Below, one piece after another: positions 38,347 to 49,919 of a stretch of DNA of 61,186 nt. This stretch comes from Candidatus Omnitrophota bacterium (GTDB lineage Bacteria > Omnitrophota > Gorgyraeia > Gygaellales > Profunditerraquicolaceae). Under the pieces are notes generated by a model. It worked only from the letters and a program-made list of their open reading frames with translations, was not told the origin of the DNA and did no database searches. Positions within the stretch are counted from its first letter, which is position 1; each line of letters starts with the position of its first letter. The DNA is taken from the NCBI GenBank assembly GCA_028712175.1, contig JAQTQQ010000005.1, forward strand, positions 54,906 through 116,091, in the 5' to 3' direction. The position numbers were made by a program, and so were the translations under genes.

Positions 38347-38924
38347 TTATTATTGAACCTGTCAATGACTTCATTTATGGTGGAATTAAAATCTTCTTTC
38401 GCGGAAAATTTGGAAAAAATATTGTCCCAAAGCCAGCGGTAAGTATTCGGAGCGACTAAAAAAACCCTGCTGCCAAGATATGAATGTTTAACTGAACCGC
38501 TGATATAGTTTACGCTCGAAATACCTAAGGTAAAAATCAAAAGCCCGATGAAAAAATATGCCCTTATTACGCCCAGAATAAGCCCGCCGAATTTATTAAT
38601 TTCAGGAACGGCTTCCAGCTTCAAGAAACGGTAGAAAATACTTCGGATAAGCACAAAGGCAAGATAACCAATTAAAGCTAAAGTTATAAAAACTATAAAA
38701 TCAGCAAATTCCAGCGGCATGCGTTTTGTCGGCAGGCTGCGCTGAATAATATCCGATAAGCTGGTATAAAAATGGCAGGATAAATATGTCGCAAATATTA
38801 TTCCGCAGAGTTTAAAAATTTCTACGGACAAACCCTGCTTTGCAGCAATGTAACATATTCTAAATAAAAGGATTACAATAAGTATGTCTATAAAATTAGT
38901 CTGACGAAAAATATCAAAAACCAT
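38343..38924 (-). CDS. cvpA: CvpA family membrane protein
   Basis: 193 aa, 4 TM helices, with the typical N-terminus NFIDILIVILL. Confidence 0.78.
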   Translation of the reverse strand: MVFDIFRQTNFIDILIVILLFRICYIAAKQGLSVEIFKLCGIIFATYLSCHFYTSLSDIIQRSLPTKRMPLEFADFIVFITLALIGYLAFVLIRSIFYRFLKLEAVPEINKFGGLILGVIRAYFFIGLLIFTLGISSVNYISGSVKHSYLGSRVFLVAPNTYRWLWDNIFSKFSAKEDFNSTINEVIDRFNNK

Positions 38925-38991
38925 GCTCTCCTCCTGCAGGGTTAATTAATGAAGGCAAGTACTAAAAATAAATTTATTTATTTTATCTATA

Positions 38992-39021
38992 AGTATAACA
39001 TATATTTACAGTGATTGTCAA
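38992..39021 (-). promoter_or_regulatory. Putative sigma70-type promoter upstream of cvpA
   Basis: The minus strand reads TTGACA, an 18-nt spacer, then TATACT. Confidence 0.4.
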
Positions 39022-39047
39022 TCCCAAGAGATAAAGATTAAAACGGT

Positions 39048-39989
39048 TTAATTCCTCTCTTTAAACCAGGATATGGTACGCCTAAGGCCTTCAGTTAACG
39101 GTACCTTCGGGTTCCAGGAGAGAATTTTTTTGGCTTTTCCAATATCAGGACGGCGCCTTTTAGGATCATCTTGAGGCAATTTCTTAAATAGTACCTTACT
39201 TTTACTGCCAGACAAATTTAAAACTAATTTTACAAGCTGCATGATGGTAAACTCACTGGGGTTACCCAAATTCACCGGGTTATTTTCCCGACAGAGCATT
39301 AAACGCAGCAGGCCGTCAACCATATCTTCAATATAACAAAAACTCCTGGTTTGCTGACCCTTTCCATAGACCGTAAGAGGCTTATTTTTTAAAGCCTGAA
39401 CGATTAAATTAGGGACCACCCTGCCATCATTCTGGCGCATCTTGGGGCCATACGTATTAAAAATCCGCGCGATTTTTGTGTCCATTTTATGAACCCGGTG
39501 ATAAGACATTGTGATTGCCTCGGCAAAACGCTTGGATTCATCATAGCAGCCGCGTACGCCGACAGGATTAACATTGCCCCAATAAGTTTCTTTTTGCGGA
39601 TGGATAGAAGGATCGCCATAAACTTCTGAAGTTGAAAAAAGCATAAAAACAGCTTTTTTCTTTTTAGCTAAACCTAAAGCATTATGCGTACCCAAAGAAC
39701 CAACTTTTAGAGTTTGTATCGGAAAATTAAGGTAATCGTTAGGAGAAGCCAGCGAAGCACCATGCAAAACATACTCTATTTTGCCCGGGATATCAATATA
39801 ACAGGAAACATTGCGGTTTTCCAAGCGGAAATTCTTATCTTTTAAGAACGGTTTGATATTTTCTAAATTTCCGGTTATGAAATTATCGATACAGATTACC
39901 GAATAACCTTTCTCAAGCAGCTTCTGACAAAGATGTGAACCGATAAATCCCGCCCCCCCGGTAATTAAAACTGTCCGCTTAGGCATCAA
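39048..39989 (-). CDS. UDP-glucuronate decarboxylase (UDP-xylose synthase-like SDR)
   Basis: 313 aa with VLITGGAGFIGSHLC and the catalytic YDESKRFAE. Confidence 0.85.
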   Translation of the reverse strand: MMPKRTVLITGGAGFIGSHLCQKLLEKGYSVICIDNFITGNLENIKPFLKDKNFRLENRNVSCYIDIPGKIEYVLHGASLASPNDYLNFPIQTLKVGSLGTHNALGLAKKKKAVFMLFSTSEVYGDPSIHPQKETYWGNVNPVGVRGCYDESKRFAEAITMSYHRVHKMDTKIARIFNTYGPKMRQNDGRVVPNLIVQALKNKPLTVYGKGQQTRSFCYIEDMVDGLLRLMLCRENNPVNLGNPSEFTIMQLVKLVLNLSGSKSKVLFKKLPQDDPKRRRPDIGKAKKILSWNPKVPLTEGLRRTISWFKERN

Positions 39990-41308
39990 AGCCTTTCTAC
40001 TTTTTGCGCGTATTTTCCTTTAAAGACATTCCGGGTGTCAAAAATAAACCTGGCATTTTCTAATAATCTACTGTAATCTACCGCGGAATGATCAGTAGCA
40101 ATTATCACGCAATCAAACTCTTTAATCTTTTTATCGTTCAGCTTGACTGATTCTAAATCAATCCCCTTAATCTTTAAGAAGGGTATAATAGGGTCAAAAT
40201 AGGAGACTATTGCTCCTTGCTTTTTTAAACAGTTAATTACATCAATACTCGGTGATTTACGCAGGTCCTTGGTATCCCTTTTATAAGTTACTCCAATAAC
40301 CAATATTTTTGATCCTTTAAGCCCGCCACTACGCCTCAACAAAGCGCACTTTACCCTTTTTACAACATACTGCGGCATATAGCTTATAAGGTCCGAAGCT
40401 AATTTAATAAAACGCGAATGAAAGCCAAAGCTTTTTGCCTTCCAATGCAAGTATAAAGGGTCCTTAGGAATACAATGCCCTCCAACTCCCGGGCCGGGAT
40501 AAAAAGGCATAAACCCAAAAGGTTTTGTGCTTGCAGCTTGGATTACCTCCCAAATATCTATTTTCATTTTATGCGCCATCATAGATAACTCATCAATTAA
40601 CCCGATGTTGATCAGGCGAAAGGTATTTTCAAGAAGCTTCACTGTTTCGGCGGCACGGGCACTAGAGACAGGAACCACCTGCTTAATAATAATATGATAA
40701 ACCTCCATGGCAAGCTGCGTGGCTTGCTGGCTAAGCCCACCCATAACTTTAGGGATTTTCTGAACAGGAAATTTTTTATTGCCCGGATCAATCCTCTCGG
40801 GCGAGAAACAAAGAAAAAAGTCTTCTTCATGCCTAAAACCGCTTTTTTCAAAGATCGGCAGGATCTCTTCCTCCGTGGTGCCGGGGAAAGTGGTACTTTC
40901 TAAGACAACCAACGCCTGCTTTTTTATATGAAGGGCTACCTCTTTAACCGCATTCCTTATAAAAGAAATATCCGGCAGATTTCTACCTTTAAGCGGAGTA
41001 GGGACGCAAATCAAAACAGCATCAGCATCCTTAATCCCGGCGAAATTACCGCTAGCCCTAAAATTTCCGCCGGCTAAAACATGCCTTAGTTCATTATTAG
41101 TAATATCACTTATATAGGAAGACCGTCTTGCGATAGAGCTAAGGCGGTCACGGTCTATTTCAATACCCACAACCTTAACGCCTTTTTTAGCGAATTCCAA
41201 AGCCAAAGGAAAACCCACATACCCTAAACCGATAACGGCTATTTTCAGCTTTTTATTTTTTATTTTCTTTCGTATATCTCTTAAGAGCTTACTCTTTGAC
41301 ATGTCCAA
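39986..41308 (-). CDS. Nucleotide-sugar dehydrogenase (UDP-N-acetyl-hexosamine dehydrogenase-like)
   Basis: 440 aa with IAVIGLGYVGFPLA and the catalytic Cys box GGHCIPKD. Confidence 0.85.
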   Translation of the reverse strand: MDMSKSKLLRDIRKKIKNKKLKIAVIGLGYVGFPLALEFAKKGVKVVGIEIDRDRLSSIARRSSYISDITNNELRHVLAGGNFRASGNFAGIKDADAVLICVPTPLKGRNLPDISFIRNAVKEVALHIKKQALVVLESTTFPGTTEEEILPIFEKSGFRHEEDFFLCFSPERIDPGNKKFPVQKIPKVMGGLSQQATQLAMEVYHIIIKQVVPVSSARAAETVKLLENTFRLINIGLIDELSMMAHKMKIDIWEVIQAASTKPFGFMPFYPGPGVGGHCIPKDPLYLHWKAKSFGFHSRFIKLASDLISYMPQYVVKRVKCALLRRSGGLKGSKILVIGVTYKRDTKDLRKSPSIDVINCLKKQGAIVSYFDPIIPFLKIKGIDLESVKLNDKKIKEFDCVIIATDHSAVDYSRLLENARFIFDTRNVFKGKYAQKVERL

Positions 41309-42587
41309 TCCCTATATAAGTAAAACCCATCTTTTTAAGGTACCTGGGGTCATAAATATTCCTTCCATCAATTACAAGAGCGCGCTGCATTTTATTTTTT
41401 AACTTCAAGAAATCAAGCTCTTTAAATTCATTCCACTCGGTGGCAACAATAAGGCAGTCAGCGCCTCTTGCTACCTGGTATGAATTCTTGCAAAAAGTTA
41501 CATTTTTTAGGATACTCCTTGCTTTTCCCATTGCCTTGGGATCATAAACCCTGACTTTGGCTCCTTCCTGAATTAAAGCATTAATTAAATCTATGCTGGG
41601 CGAATTCCTTAAGTCGTCGGTATTAGGTTTAAAAGCGAGCCCTAAAACAGCAATGGTCTTATCTTTTATTATCCAAAGCGCTTCTTTTACTTTTTGTATA
41701 ACAAAATCCTTCTGTTCCTGATTTGTGTCCCTAACTGCCTTGAGAATCTTAAAATCATAACCAAGGTTTTCGGCAATTGTTATAAAGGCATCAAGATCCT
41801 TGGGAAAACAAGAACCTCCATAGCCAATCCCCGCATGCAGGAAATAACGGCCAATACGATTATCTAAACCCATGCCGCAAGCCACCTCTTGTACGTCCGC
41901 GCCGACTTTATCGCATATGCGCGATACCGCATTAATAAATGAAATCTTAGTAGCTAAGAAGGCATTGGAAGCATGCTTAATCAATTCAGCTGATTTTATA
42001 TCGGTAACCAGTATCTGCCGGTTAAGAGGAAGGTATAATTGCCTCATTATCTGTCTTGCCTTTTGGCTTTCAGCCCCTACCACAATCCGGTCGGGATGAG
42101 TAAAATCATTTATTGCAGAGCCTTCGCGTAGAAATTCTGGATTGGAAACAACGTCAAACTTATACTTGTTTTTTATGTAGGTAGAAATGGTTTTCTTAAT
42201 CCGGGCGCAAGTCTCAACCGGCACAGTAGATTTCTCGACAATAAGCCTGTAACCGTCCATATTCTGCGCTATTAATCTGGCGACATTTTCAACGCCGGTT
42301 AAATCAGCATCTCCTTTTTCAAGGGAAGGAGTGCCTACAGCAATAAAAATCACGTCGCTTGACCTTACCGCATCTTTTATCTTAGAGGTAAATTTAAGCC
42401 TCTTGTTTTTAAGGTTGCCGGAAATCAACTCCTCTAATCCCGGCTCATAGATCGGCAAAACTCCTTTTTTTAAATTTACGATTTTCTTTGTATCATTATC
42501 GGCGCAAATAACATGGTTTCCCAGCTCGGCAAAACAAGCACCGCTAACTAATCCCACATAACCCGCACCAATTATGGAAATATTCAT
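41289..42587 (-). CDS. ugd: UDP-glucose 6-dehydrogenase
   Basis: 432 aa with MNISIIGAGYVGLV and GGSCFPKD. Confidence 0.9.
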   Translation of the reverse strand: MNISIIGAGYVGLVSGACFAELGNHVICADNDTKKIVNLKKGVLPIYEPGLEELISGNLKNKRLKFTSKIKDAVRSSDVIFIAVGTPSLEKGDADLTGVENVARLIAQNMDGYRLIVEKSTVPVETCARIKKTISTYIKNKYKFDVVSNPEFLREGSAINDFTHPDRIVVGAESQKARQIMRQLYLPLNRQILVTDIKSAELIKHASNAFLATKISFINAVSRICDKVGADVQEVACGMGLDNRIGRYFLHAGIGYGGSCFPKDLDAFITIAENLGYDFKILKAVRDTNQEQKDFVIQKVKEALWIIKDKTIAVLGLAFKPNTDDLRNSPSIDLINALIQEGAKVRVYDPKAMGKARSILKNVTFCKNSYQVARGADCLIVATEWNEFKELDFLKLKNKMQRALVIDGRNIYDPRYLKKMGFTYIGIGHVKE

Positions 42588-42619
42588 TTATCCGCCGTTA
42601 GAAATAGATTTTAAGCATA

Positions 42620-44827
42620 TTACTGCGCACCGGATTTCTTTTTGCTTGTTGACTGGTCAAATCCAAATTCATTTTCAGGGAAGGCTTTGAGCCTGAAGGT
42701 GAAATACACGCTTGAACCAACATTTTTCGTTTTGCCTAAACTGACCTCCAGCTCCCAGCAATGAAGGTCCCTGGTTATAGTAAACTGCTGTTCCTGCGAA
42801 CCAGCCGTAAGCGTGTCCGTCTTTTTCAAGTTATAGCGCTGATAAATACCGAATTTCCATTTAGGGCTTAAGCGCCAGTCAAAACCCAGGGTGATTTCAT
42901 TCTTACCTTTCCGCTCATAACGCTGCCCCAATGTAAGGAAACGCCCCCTGCCAAGATCAAAACTTAAATCATAATTGATTAAAGAAAAGGTGTTATAGTT
43001 GACGTTATCGCGGTCTGAATGCTCAAAAGTAGCATCGCTTTCAAGGCGCATCCAAGAATAAGGTAGTATCTTTAATTTAAAAAGAATGTCTGCAAGCTGG
43101 CTGCTCAGCTTCTTTCCCGTATTAGTTAAAATAGCATTGTCCCCGGTTTTAGGGTCAATCACATAATCGGCAGTAATTAAGAAATCCAGAAAATCTATGC
43201 TTTGCCCGTTACGCTTAGTTTGCAATTTGTTAGAAAGGCTCAAAGATGCGGTATTGCCCCGGTTTATCGCGTCAACGGTATCAATCTGTTTTATGTTTCT
43301 TATAGGAATAGTTCCCGGGTGTGTATACAAATAAGCGACGCTGGGGGTAATAATGTGCCTAAGTCCGTTAATATCCAGCTTGAGAAAATTAGTTTTGACA
43401 TCGAAAATACGGTAAAACCTTGTGCTTAAATCCGCCCCACTGTAGAAAATCGTGCGCACAATTGCGCTTTGGCCGTTTGCGCCCTTATCATAAAGAGTCT
43501 GGCGGCTTGAAACAAACGGCCTAAACTGTACGAAAGAAATCTTCATCGGGTGCGACAACGTATTTTTAGTGTCCAGGCGTGCGACCATGACATCTTCATC
43601 TGTCGCAGGAGACATCATCGAACCCTTTTTATTGTAATTTCCCAACTGGCTTGTATTCTCAAAATATAAAGAACTGTCCCATAGCTGTAAGCTTGGCAAA
43701 TTATAATTTATTTCCGGGCGCTTTTCGATCTGGTCAAACCAGTGGTTAGTACGCATCTGCAGAAGAATATCAAGCGAAGAATAATTAAAGGAGTGATGGA
43801 ACAGGCCGTAACTTAAGGGCTGGCTATCTTTCTCATATTCACGGAAGAAATAATCTTTTAAAATATTGCGGCTAAGGTCTTTCTTTCTTCTTTCATCCGT
43901 AATTTTATAGAGTTCGGCGCTAAAATTTGTCCTCTGGTCAATATCCCATTTATGGCGCCAGCGCAAGAAATAACGCGTGTTATTCAGGGATTCACCGCTT
44001 ATAAAATTCTTAAACTGCTGTTTTTCTCTTGTAAAATAATATTTAAAGTCACCCTTACCAAACCCTGAATCCGTATAATTAAGCCCAAGCCCCTCTGCCC
44101 AGCCTAATTTACTGCGGTAATCTAAAAAGGCCCTGCCGCTTAAATGATCAGTAAGATTCATGCGCCAAACGCTCAAAAGAAAATAACCCCATTCTTTACT
44201 TTTTCCCGGCTCAACCTGCACGTGCATTATCGGCTCTTTCATTGAATAATTAAAACGCGGGATGTAAAGAAGCGGGACAGCACCAAGATAAAGTGTGGCT
44301 TTTTGTGCCTGCATTTTATCTCCGGGGAACATATTGATTTTCTTGGCAGCAAACCGGTAATGAGGATGATCCATGCTACAAGTGGTAAAATAACCGGATT
44401 TTGCCATAAATTCCGTATCGCTTACTTTTTCCATTCTTTTGGCTTTTCCGTAATAAGGATTAGCTCGAAAATCAGCATTATAGATTACCCCTGTTTTACT
44501 TGCAAAATCATAGACAATCTTTTCTCCGGTAACTACTCCCTTTGCATCATCAAGGCGCGCATTGCCTTCGGCAACTGCCTCTTTTGTTTGCATGTTTACC
44601 TTTAATTTATTACAAGTCAGTTTTGAATCCTTATAGATAACTTCGATGTTACCGGTTGCAATAACTTCTTTATTGTCAGCAGAATATTCAACATTATCGC
44701 CGTTAATAATTATAGGTGATTCTTTGCTCTCATCCGCAAATGATAAACCGGTACCAAAAATAATCCAGGATACTAAAATAAAGACAGACGGCTTAAAGCG
44801 GTTAAGGAAAGTTGATTTATTTGACAT
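42620..44827 (-). CDS. lptD: LPS-assembly outer membrane protein LptD (OstA family)
   Basis: 735 aa with a signal/TM N-terminus, an OstA_N-like beta-jellyroll ([23 protein letters not shown]...) and a large beta-barrel-type C-terminus. Confidence 0.82.
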   Translation of the reverse strand: MSNKSTFLNRFKPSVFILVSWIIFGTGLSFADESKESPIIINGDNVEYSADNKEVIATGNIEVIYKDSKLTCNKLKVNMQTKEAVAEGNARLDDAKGVVTGEKIVYDFASKTGVIYNADFRANPYYGKAKRMEKVSDTEFMAKSGYFTTCSMDHPHYRFAAKKINMFPGDKMQAQKATLYLGAVPLLYIPRFNYSMKEPIMHVQVEPGKSKEWGYFLLSVWRMNLTDHLSGRAFLDYRSKLGWAEGLGLNYTDSGFGKGDFKYYFTREKQQFKNFISGESLNNTRYFLRWRHKWDIDQRTNFSAELYKITDERRKKDLSRNILKDYFFREYEKDSQPLSYGLFHHSFNYSSLDILLQMRTNHWFDQIEKRPEINYNLPSLQLWDSSLYFENTSQLGNYNKKGSMMSPATDEDVMVARLDTKNTLSHPMKISFVQFRPFVSSRQTLYDKGANGQSAIVRTIFYSGADLSTRFYRIFDVKTNFLKLDINGLRHIITPSVAYLYTHPGTIPIRNIKQIDTVDAINRGNTASLSLSNKLQTKRNGQSIDFLDFLITADYVIDPKTGDNAILTNTGKKLSSQLADILFKLKILPYSWMRLESDATFEHSDRDNVNYNTFSLINYDLSFDLGRGRFLTLGQRYERKGKNEITLGFDWRLSPKWKFGIYQRYNLKKTDTLTAGSQEQQFTITRDLHCWELEVSLGKTKNVGSSVYFTFRLKAFPENEFGFDQSTSKKKSGAQ

Positions 44828-45476
44828 TATTCCCTTTTGGGATTTTTTTAAAATCTTCTAAGAATTTATTGATTCCAATGTCTGTCAAAGGATGCTTGAT
44901 TAACTGTTCAATCACGGAAAACGGGACCGTAGCAATATCTGCACCGGCCAAGGCGGCATTAACTACGTGCATAGGGTTGCGCACTGACGCCACAATTATC
45001 TGCGTGCTAAAATTGTAATTTGAGTAAATTTTCTTTATATCTCTGATTAGATCCATTCCTTCCTGCGCAATATCGTCTAACCTGCCTATAAACGGGGAAA
45101 CATAAGTTGCGCCTGCCTTAGCCACCAATAATGCCTGCGCAGCAGAGAAACAAAGCGTAACGTTAGTTTTGACTCCTTCAGCAGAAAATATCCTTACTGC
45201 TTTTAACCCTTCTTTATTAAGCGGGACCTTGATTACGATATTTTTAGCAATATTTACTAAACTCCCTGCTTCTTCAACCATACCTTTAGCATCGGGGCTG
45301 ATAACCTCTGCGCTCACCGGGCCGGTACATAAATTACATATTTCCTTAAGCACCTCTTCAGGATTACGCCCTTCTTTGGACATTAAAGTGGGGTTTGTAG
45401 TAACCCCATCAATAAGGCCGAGGGCAGAAGCTTCTTTGATTTCTTTAATACTCGCCGTATCAATAAAAATCTTCAT
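44817..45476 (-). CDS. Transaldolase / fructose-6-phosphate aldolase (short type 3B)
   Basis: 219 aa with MKIFIDTA...GVTTNP and the Schiff-base lysine context VIKVP. Confidence 0.9.
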   Translation of the reverse strand: MKIFIDTASIKEIKEASALGLIDGVTTNPTLMSKEGRNPEEVLKEICNLCTGPVSAEVISPDAKGMVEEAGSLVNIAKNIVIKVPLNKEGLKAVRIFSAEGVKTNVTLCFSAAQALLVAKAGATYVSPFIGRLDDIAQEGMDLIRDIKKIYSNYNFSTQIIVASVRNPMHVVNAALAGADIATVPFSVIEQLIKHPLTDIGINKFLEDFKKIPKGNNVK

Positions 45477-46399
45477 TTCCCTAACCTTTCTTTAACCAAA
45501 TATCCTGCCCCGATTACTCCTGCATCGGTCCCTAATTTAGCCTTAAATACCCTTACTCTCTTTGCCTGCACCCTCATTGAACGCAAGAGGATAGTCTCCT
45601 TTACGCTTTCAAACAGAGGCCTACCGGCACAAGCTACCCCTCCGCCAATAACAACAGCATCAAGATTAAGTAAATTTATCACGCCACTTAAGGCTAAACC
45701 CAGTTTTTTACCGACATCTCTCCAGAATTTAACGGACAATAAATCGTTATTATTAGCCATTTTGCTTATTTCTTCAAGAGAAATATCCGGGCCAAAGATC
45801 TTATGCGCCTCTTTAAGGATTGCATTATTCCCGATATAAGCCTCCAGGCAGGCTTTTGAACCACAGCCGCAAAGCGGCCCGGTTTCATTAATCGGCACAT
45901 GCCCAAATTCTCCGGCAGCATTATCTTTCCCGCGGTAAAGGGAGTTATTAATAATCAATCCGCCACCTACCCCGGTACCCAAAGTTAGGCATAAAACATT
46001 ACTGTATCCGGCTGCTGCTCCGGAGCTGCTCTCTGCCAAACACATAAGCTTGGCATCATTATCAATAAAGACAGGCAGCTTAGTTTTAAGATCCAGATTT
46101 TTCTTAACGTTTACTTCTCTCCAGCCCGGTATATTCGGCAAAAAATGCACAATACCCTTAAAAGTATCTACCGGGCCGGGCAGGCCTATGCCTACGCCTA
46201 AAATTTCCGACCTTTTTAACCCTTGATCTAAAATAAAGGTAGTAATGAAATCAGCGATCCCCTGAAGCAGCTTTTGTTTACTGTTAAAACTCCTTGTGCT
46301 AAAAGAGTTTTTGGCTTTAATCTTTAAACCGTTATCAAGCAAGGCACATTTCAAATTAGTGCCTCCCAAATCTATACCGATAATAAATCTTCTAATCAT
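45473..46399 (-). CDS. ROK family sugar kinase (glucokinase-like)
   Basis: 308 aa with [10 protein letters not shown] and the zinc motif [10 protein letters not shown]. Confidence 0.85.
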   Translation of the reverse strand: MIRRFIIGIDLGGTNLKCALLDNGLKIKAKNSFSTRSFNSKQKLLQGIADFITTFILDQGLKRSEILGVGIGLPGPVDTFKGIVHFLPNIPGWREVNVKKNLDLKTKLPVFIDNDAKLMCLAESSSGAAAGYSNVLCLTLGTGVGGGLIINNSLYRGKDNAAGEFGHVPINETGPLCGCGSKACLEAYIGNNAILKEAHKIFGPDISLEEISKMANNNDLLSVKFWRDVGKKLGLALSGVINLLNLDAVVIGGGVACAGRPLFESVKETILLRSMRVQAKRVRVFKAKLGTDAGVIGAGYLVKERLGK

Positions 46400-46452
46400 G
46401 TGTGGTATTCTATATTAAAATACGCTTTTTTTCAAGAGATAATCCTGAAAGA

Positions 46453-47448
46453 TCAGGAAGGAGAAAAACAAACCCTGTTTTTACCGGTTTCCTTGGCCAA
46501 ATACAAAGCCTGATCCGCCATTTCAATTAAATCCTTCATATTCTGCGTATTAACCGGAAAGGTAGAAACGCCAATACTTACAGTCACCCTTAATTCTTCA
46601 TCATAAGCTCTGATCGCCGCCGCCTCTATCGCCTGACGAATACGCTGTCCGGCAAAATTAGCCTGCTCTTTCCCGGTTTCCGCCAGGACAATTGAAAGCT
46701 CTTCGCCGCCGTAGCGCCCGATAAAATCAATCTGCCTGATATTATCAGTTATAATTTTAGAAACTTGCCGTAATATCACATCCCCCACCAAATGCCCATA
46801 ACGGTCATTATATTTCTTAAAATTATCAATATCTATCATAAGAAAACTCAAATGCAATTTATTTTTCTTTGAGCGCTTAAGTTCTTCGGCAAAACGTTCC
46901 AGAAAATACCTGCGGCAATAAACTTGGGTTAAGGTATCCGTAATAGTAAGCCCCTGGACCTTCTGGTAAAGCAAAGCCCTGCGCAAACCTATTAGAAACT
47001 GCTGGGTAAGAATGCCGAATTTTTCTTTATCAGCTTCCAAGATCCTATCCACTGCCAAATATCCGGCCGCCTGGCCTTCTTCAATATTTAACGGCAGGAT
47101 CATATAATCCTTATACTTAATTAAATCAGCATCATCCTTTATATAACGGCAATCACCTATGCCTATGTATTTTTTCAGGCTTGAATTAAAAATCGAAAAA
47201 ACTTTTTCCTCCTCAAGGCTGGAGCAGATATCTTTAGTTAATTCATAAAGCGCCAAGGTATCCTCAAAGGTTTTATTAAGTTGTTCATTTTCTAAATATA
47301 GGCTTTTTTGAAGTTTTTCCAGGGCCTTAAAATTGTCAAGGAGGCGGCTATTATCATCTTCAAGGCGCTTAAGAAAACCCAAAGTAATATTGCGCACAAG
47401 CATAAACCAGGATAGCGTAATTAATGCGAGAGCTATTAAATTAAACAT
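46453..47448 (-). CDS. Membrane-anchored GGDEF-domain protein (A-site GGEEL, I-site RQID)
   Basis: 331 aa with an N-terminal TM helix and a C-terminal GGDEF domain containing RYGGEELSIV. Confidence 0.85.
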   Translation of the reverse strand: MFNLIALALITLSWFMLVRNITLGFLKRLEDDNSRLLDNFKALEKLQKSLYLENEQLNKTFEDTLALYELTKDICSSLEEEKVFSIFNSSLKKYIGIGDCRYIKDDADLIKYKDYMILPLNIEEGQAAGYLAVDRILEADKEKFGILTQQFLIGLRRALLYQKVQGLTITDTLTQVYCRRYFLERFAEELKRSKKNKLHLSFLMIDIDNFKKYNDRYGHLVGDVILRQVSKIITDNIRQIDFIGRYGGEELSIVLAETGKEQANFAGQRIRQAIEAAAIRAYDEELRVTVSIGVSTFPVNTQNMKDLIEMADQALYLAKETGKNRVCFSPS

Positions 47449-48719
47449 ACTTTATTCCTACCCTGCCCCTTGGCGTCATACATGGCTTTATCTGCTTTCT
47501 GCACCAATTCATCCTCATCTTTTGTGTCAATCGGCATATTTGCGACTCCGATAGAAACTGTTACATGTGTATCCTGGCGGCGCAAAATAATGCTTTCAAC
47601 CTGGACGCGTTTACGTAAATTCTCAGCAATCTCTTTAGCTTTTTGCTTACCTAAACCTGAAAGCATTACTAAAAACTCCTCGCCGCCAAAACGGCACAAC
47701 AAAGAATTATAATCACCCAGGGAATTTTTTAATAATGAACCGACTTTTTTTAAGACAATATCTCCGGCAGTATGCCCAAATTTATCGTTATATTGCTTAA
47801 AGAAATCTATATCGATCATCATTAAAGACAACTGCTGATCAAGGCGCATGCAGCGCTTAGCTTCATCTTTAAGTTTCCCGAGAAAATAATGTTTTGTAAA
47901 GAGCCCTGTTAGGTCGTCATGAATAGCTAAATCCTGGGTTTTTTGAAAAAGCAGGCTATTTTCCAGAGCAACCGCCCCAAGGTCGGAAACTAACGAAAGA
48001 AACCGTAAATCATCCTGATTAAAAGAACCACTTTGCTTACTTTCAAGCCGCAACACTCCAAGCAATGAATTATGGCTGATTAGAGGCGAGCTGATCAAAG
48101 AGAAAACAGGCCGCGTTTGCCCGGAACGGGCAGAATCTAAATCAAAACGAAAATCATTTTTCAGGTCTTCAATAATAAGCTGGCTGGAATGCCTAAGGAC
48201 CCAATGATCGAAAATATCCCCTTCTTTTGACAAAATAACCAAATCGCTATCATCCTTAATAGAATGGACCAAATTTAACTTCTGATGCTGATGATCAACC
48301 AGATACAAAAGCGCAGTCCCGGAGCTGTTTGATATCAATGAATATACCGCCGAACTTAAAACGCGGATAACCGTATCAAGCTTTAAGCTCCGATTAAGGT
48401 TTTCGATTATTTTTTCAAGATTATCATAACGAATGATCTTAAACTTAAGCCCGGACGAATAATCACTGGCTTTCTTGACCTCTACGCCAGCAACATTCGT
48501 CTCCTCTTCGGTGCGTTCAATCTGCGACCTGATCAAAGATGCCCTATGCGAGTAAAATTTTAGAAAATATAAAAGAATGAGGATGTTGACTGGTATAAAC
48601 AGGAAGAAAAAAATTGAGTTTAATTTTTGATGCAGAAAGGCAATACGTATCAGCAAGAAGGCAAGAGAAAATAAAAATAAAATCAGCCAAAACCTCTTTT
48701 GGTAGGAATTTTGCTGCAT
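47436..48719 (-). CDS. Membrane-anchored GAF-GGDEF diguanylate cyclase (A-site GGEEF)
   Basis: 427 aa with 2 TM helices, a GAF-like middle region and RFGGEEFLVM. Confidence 0.85.
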   Translation of the reverse strand: MQQNSYQKRFWLILFLFSLAFLLIRIAFLHQKLNSIFFFLFIPVNILILLYFLKFYSHRASLIRSQIERTEEETNVAGVEVKKASDYSSGLKFKIIRYDNLEKIIENLNRSLKLDTVIRVLSSAVYSLISNSSGTALLYLVDHQHQKLNLVHSIKDDSDLVILSKEGDIFDHWVLRHSSQLIIEDLKNDFRFDLDSARSGQTRPVFSLISSPLISHNSLLGVLRLESKQSGSFNQDDLRFLSLVSDLGAVALENSLLFQKTQDLAIHDDLTGLFTKHYFLGKLKDEAKRCMRLDQQLSLMMIDIDFFKQYNDKFGHTAGDIVLKKVGSLLKNSLGDYNSLLCRFGGEEFLVMLSGLGKQKAKEIAENLRKRVQVESIILRRQDTHVTVSIGVANMPIDTKDEDELVQKADKAMYDAKGQGRNKVCLI

Positions 48720-48757
48720 TGAGCTTTTTTTTGCCGGAATTATGGATCTTTAAAAAC

Positions 48758-49861
48758 TTAAGCTATGGTTTCTTCGGTAGTTTTATCAAAAAAATGCACT
48801 TTGCTCATATCAAAAACTACGTCCATTTCCTGGTTTACGCGAGGCCGATCATGCGCGCTGACCCGGGCAATAAAGGTATGCTTACCCGTATTCAGATAGA
48901 GATAAACCTCTGAACCCATAGGTTCAAATACTTCACAGTTTACCCGGACGATATTTTCCGGCGGGGCTTCCGAAACAAAAAGCTTATCATAGATATCCTC
49001 GGAACGGATTCCGAATATCACATCGCTGCCGACATAGCTGGCCATTTTTTTATACATGTCCTCAACTAACTTGACCTGGATCTTGCCTTCGTCAAAATAA
49101 ATTTTACCTTCTTTTTTGATAATCCTGCCTTGCATAAAATTCATAGGAGGCGAACCAATAAAACCGGCGACAAATTTATTTTTTGGGTGGTCATAAACGC
49201 TGATTGGCTCTCCTAATTGAGTGATCAGGCCGTCTTTCATGACTGCGATACGATCACCCATAGTCATAGCTTCTACTTGATCGTGAGTGACATAAATAAT
49301 AGTAGTTTGCAGCCTTATGTGGAGTTTATGAATTTCAGTGCGCATCTGTACGCGCATTTTTGCATCAAGGTTGCTCAATGGCTCATCAAATAAGAAAACC
49401 ATGGGTTTTCTTACAATCGCCCTTCCTACTGCCACCCTCTGCCTTTCGCCGCCGGAAAGCTCACGCGGTTTACGATTTAGAAGCCGTTTAATCCCCAATA
49501 TCTCGGCAGCTTCATTAACTCTTTGGGCTATTTCATGTTTGGGAAGATGGCGCAGCCTAAGGCCAAAAGACAAATTTTCAGCAACAGTCATATGCGGATA
49601 AAGGGCGTAATTCTGAAAAACCATAGCGATATCACGGTCTTTCGCAGGAACATCATTAACAAGCTTGTCTCCGATGTAGATCTCCCCAGAGCTTATTTCC
49701 TCAAGCCCTGCGACCATCCTTAAGGTAGTGGATTTACCACAGCCAGAAGGGCCAACCAAAACCATGAATTCTTTGTTTTCAATACCTAAATTTACTTTAT
49801 TCACCGCCGTCACATTACCGGGAAAAACTTTACAAACATTTCTTAAACTTACCTGTGCCAT
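48758..49861 (-). CDS. Sugar-type ABC transporter ATPase (MalK/MsmX/UgpC family)
   Basis: 367 aa with Walker A GPSGCGKST, the signature LSGGERQR and a C-terminal TOBE-like domain. Confidence 0.9.
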   Translation of the reverse strand: MAQVSLRNVCKVFPGNVTAVNKVNLGIENKEFMVLVGPSGCGKSTTLRMVAGLEEISSGEIYIGDKLVNDVPAKDRDIAMVFQNYALYPHMTVAENLSFGLRLRHLPKHEIAQRVNEAAEILGIKRLLNRKPRELSGGERQRVAVGRAIVRKPMVFLFDEPLSNLDAKMRVQMRTEIHKLHIRLQTTIIYVTHDQVEAMTMGDRIAVMKDGLITQLGEPISVYDHPKNKFVAGFIGSPPMNFMQGRIIKKEGKIYFDEGKIQVKLVEDMYKKMASYVGSDVIFGIRSEDIYDKLFVSEAPPENIVRVNCEVFEPMGSEVYLYLNTGKHTFIARVSAHDRPRVNQEMDVVFDMSKVHFFDKTTEETIA

Positions 49862-49919
49862 TTAACTGCTCCATTTTTAAAAACGCAAGAATTAAAGAAA
49901 CTTTAATTATTATACGAAA

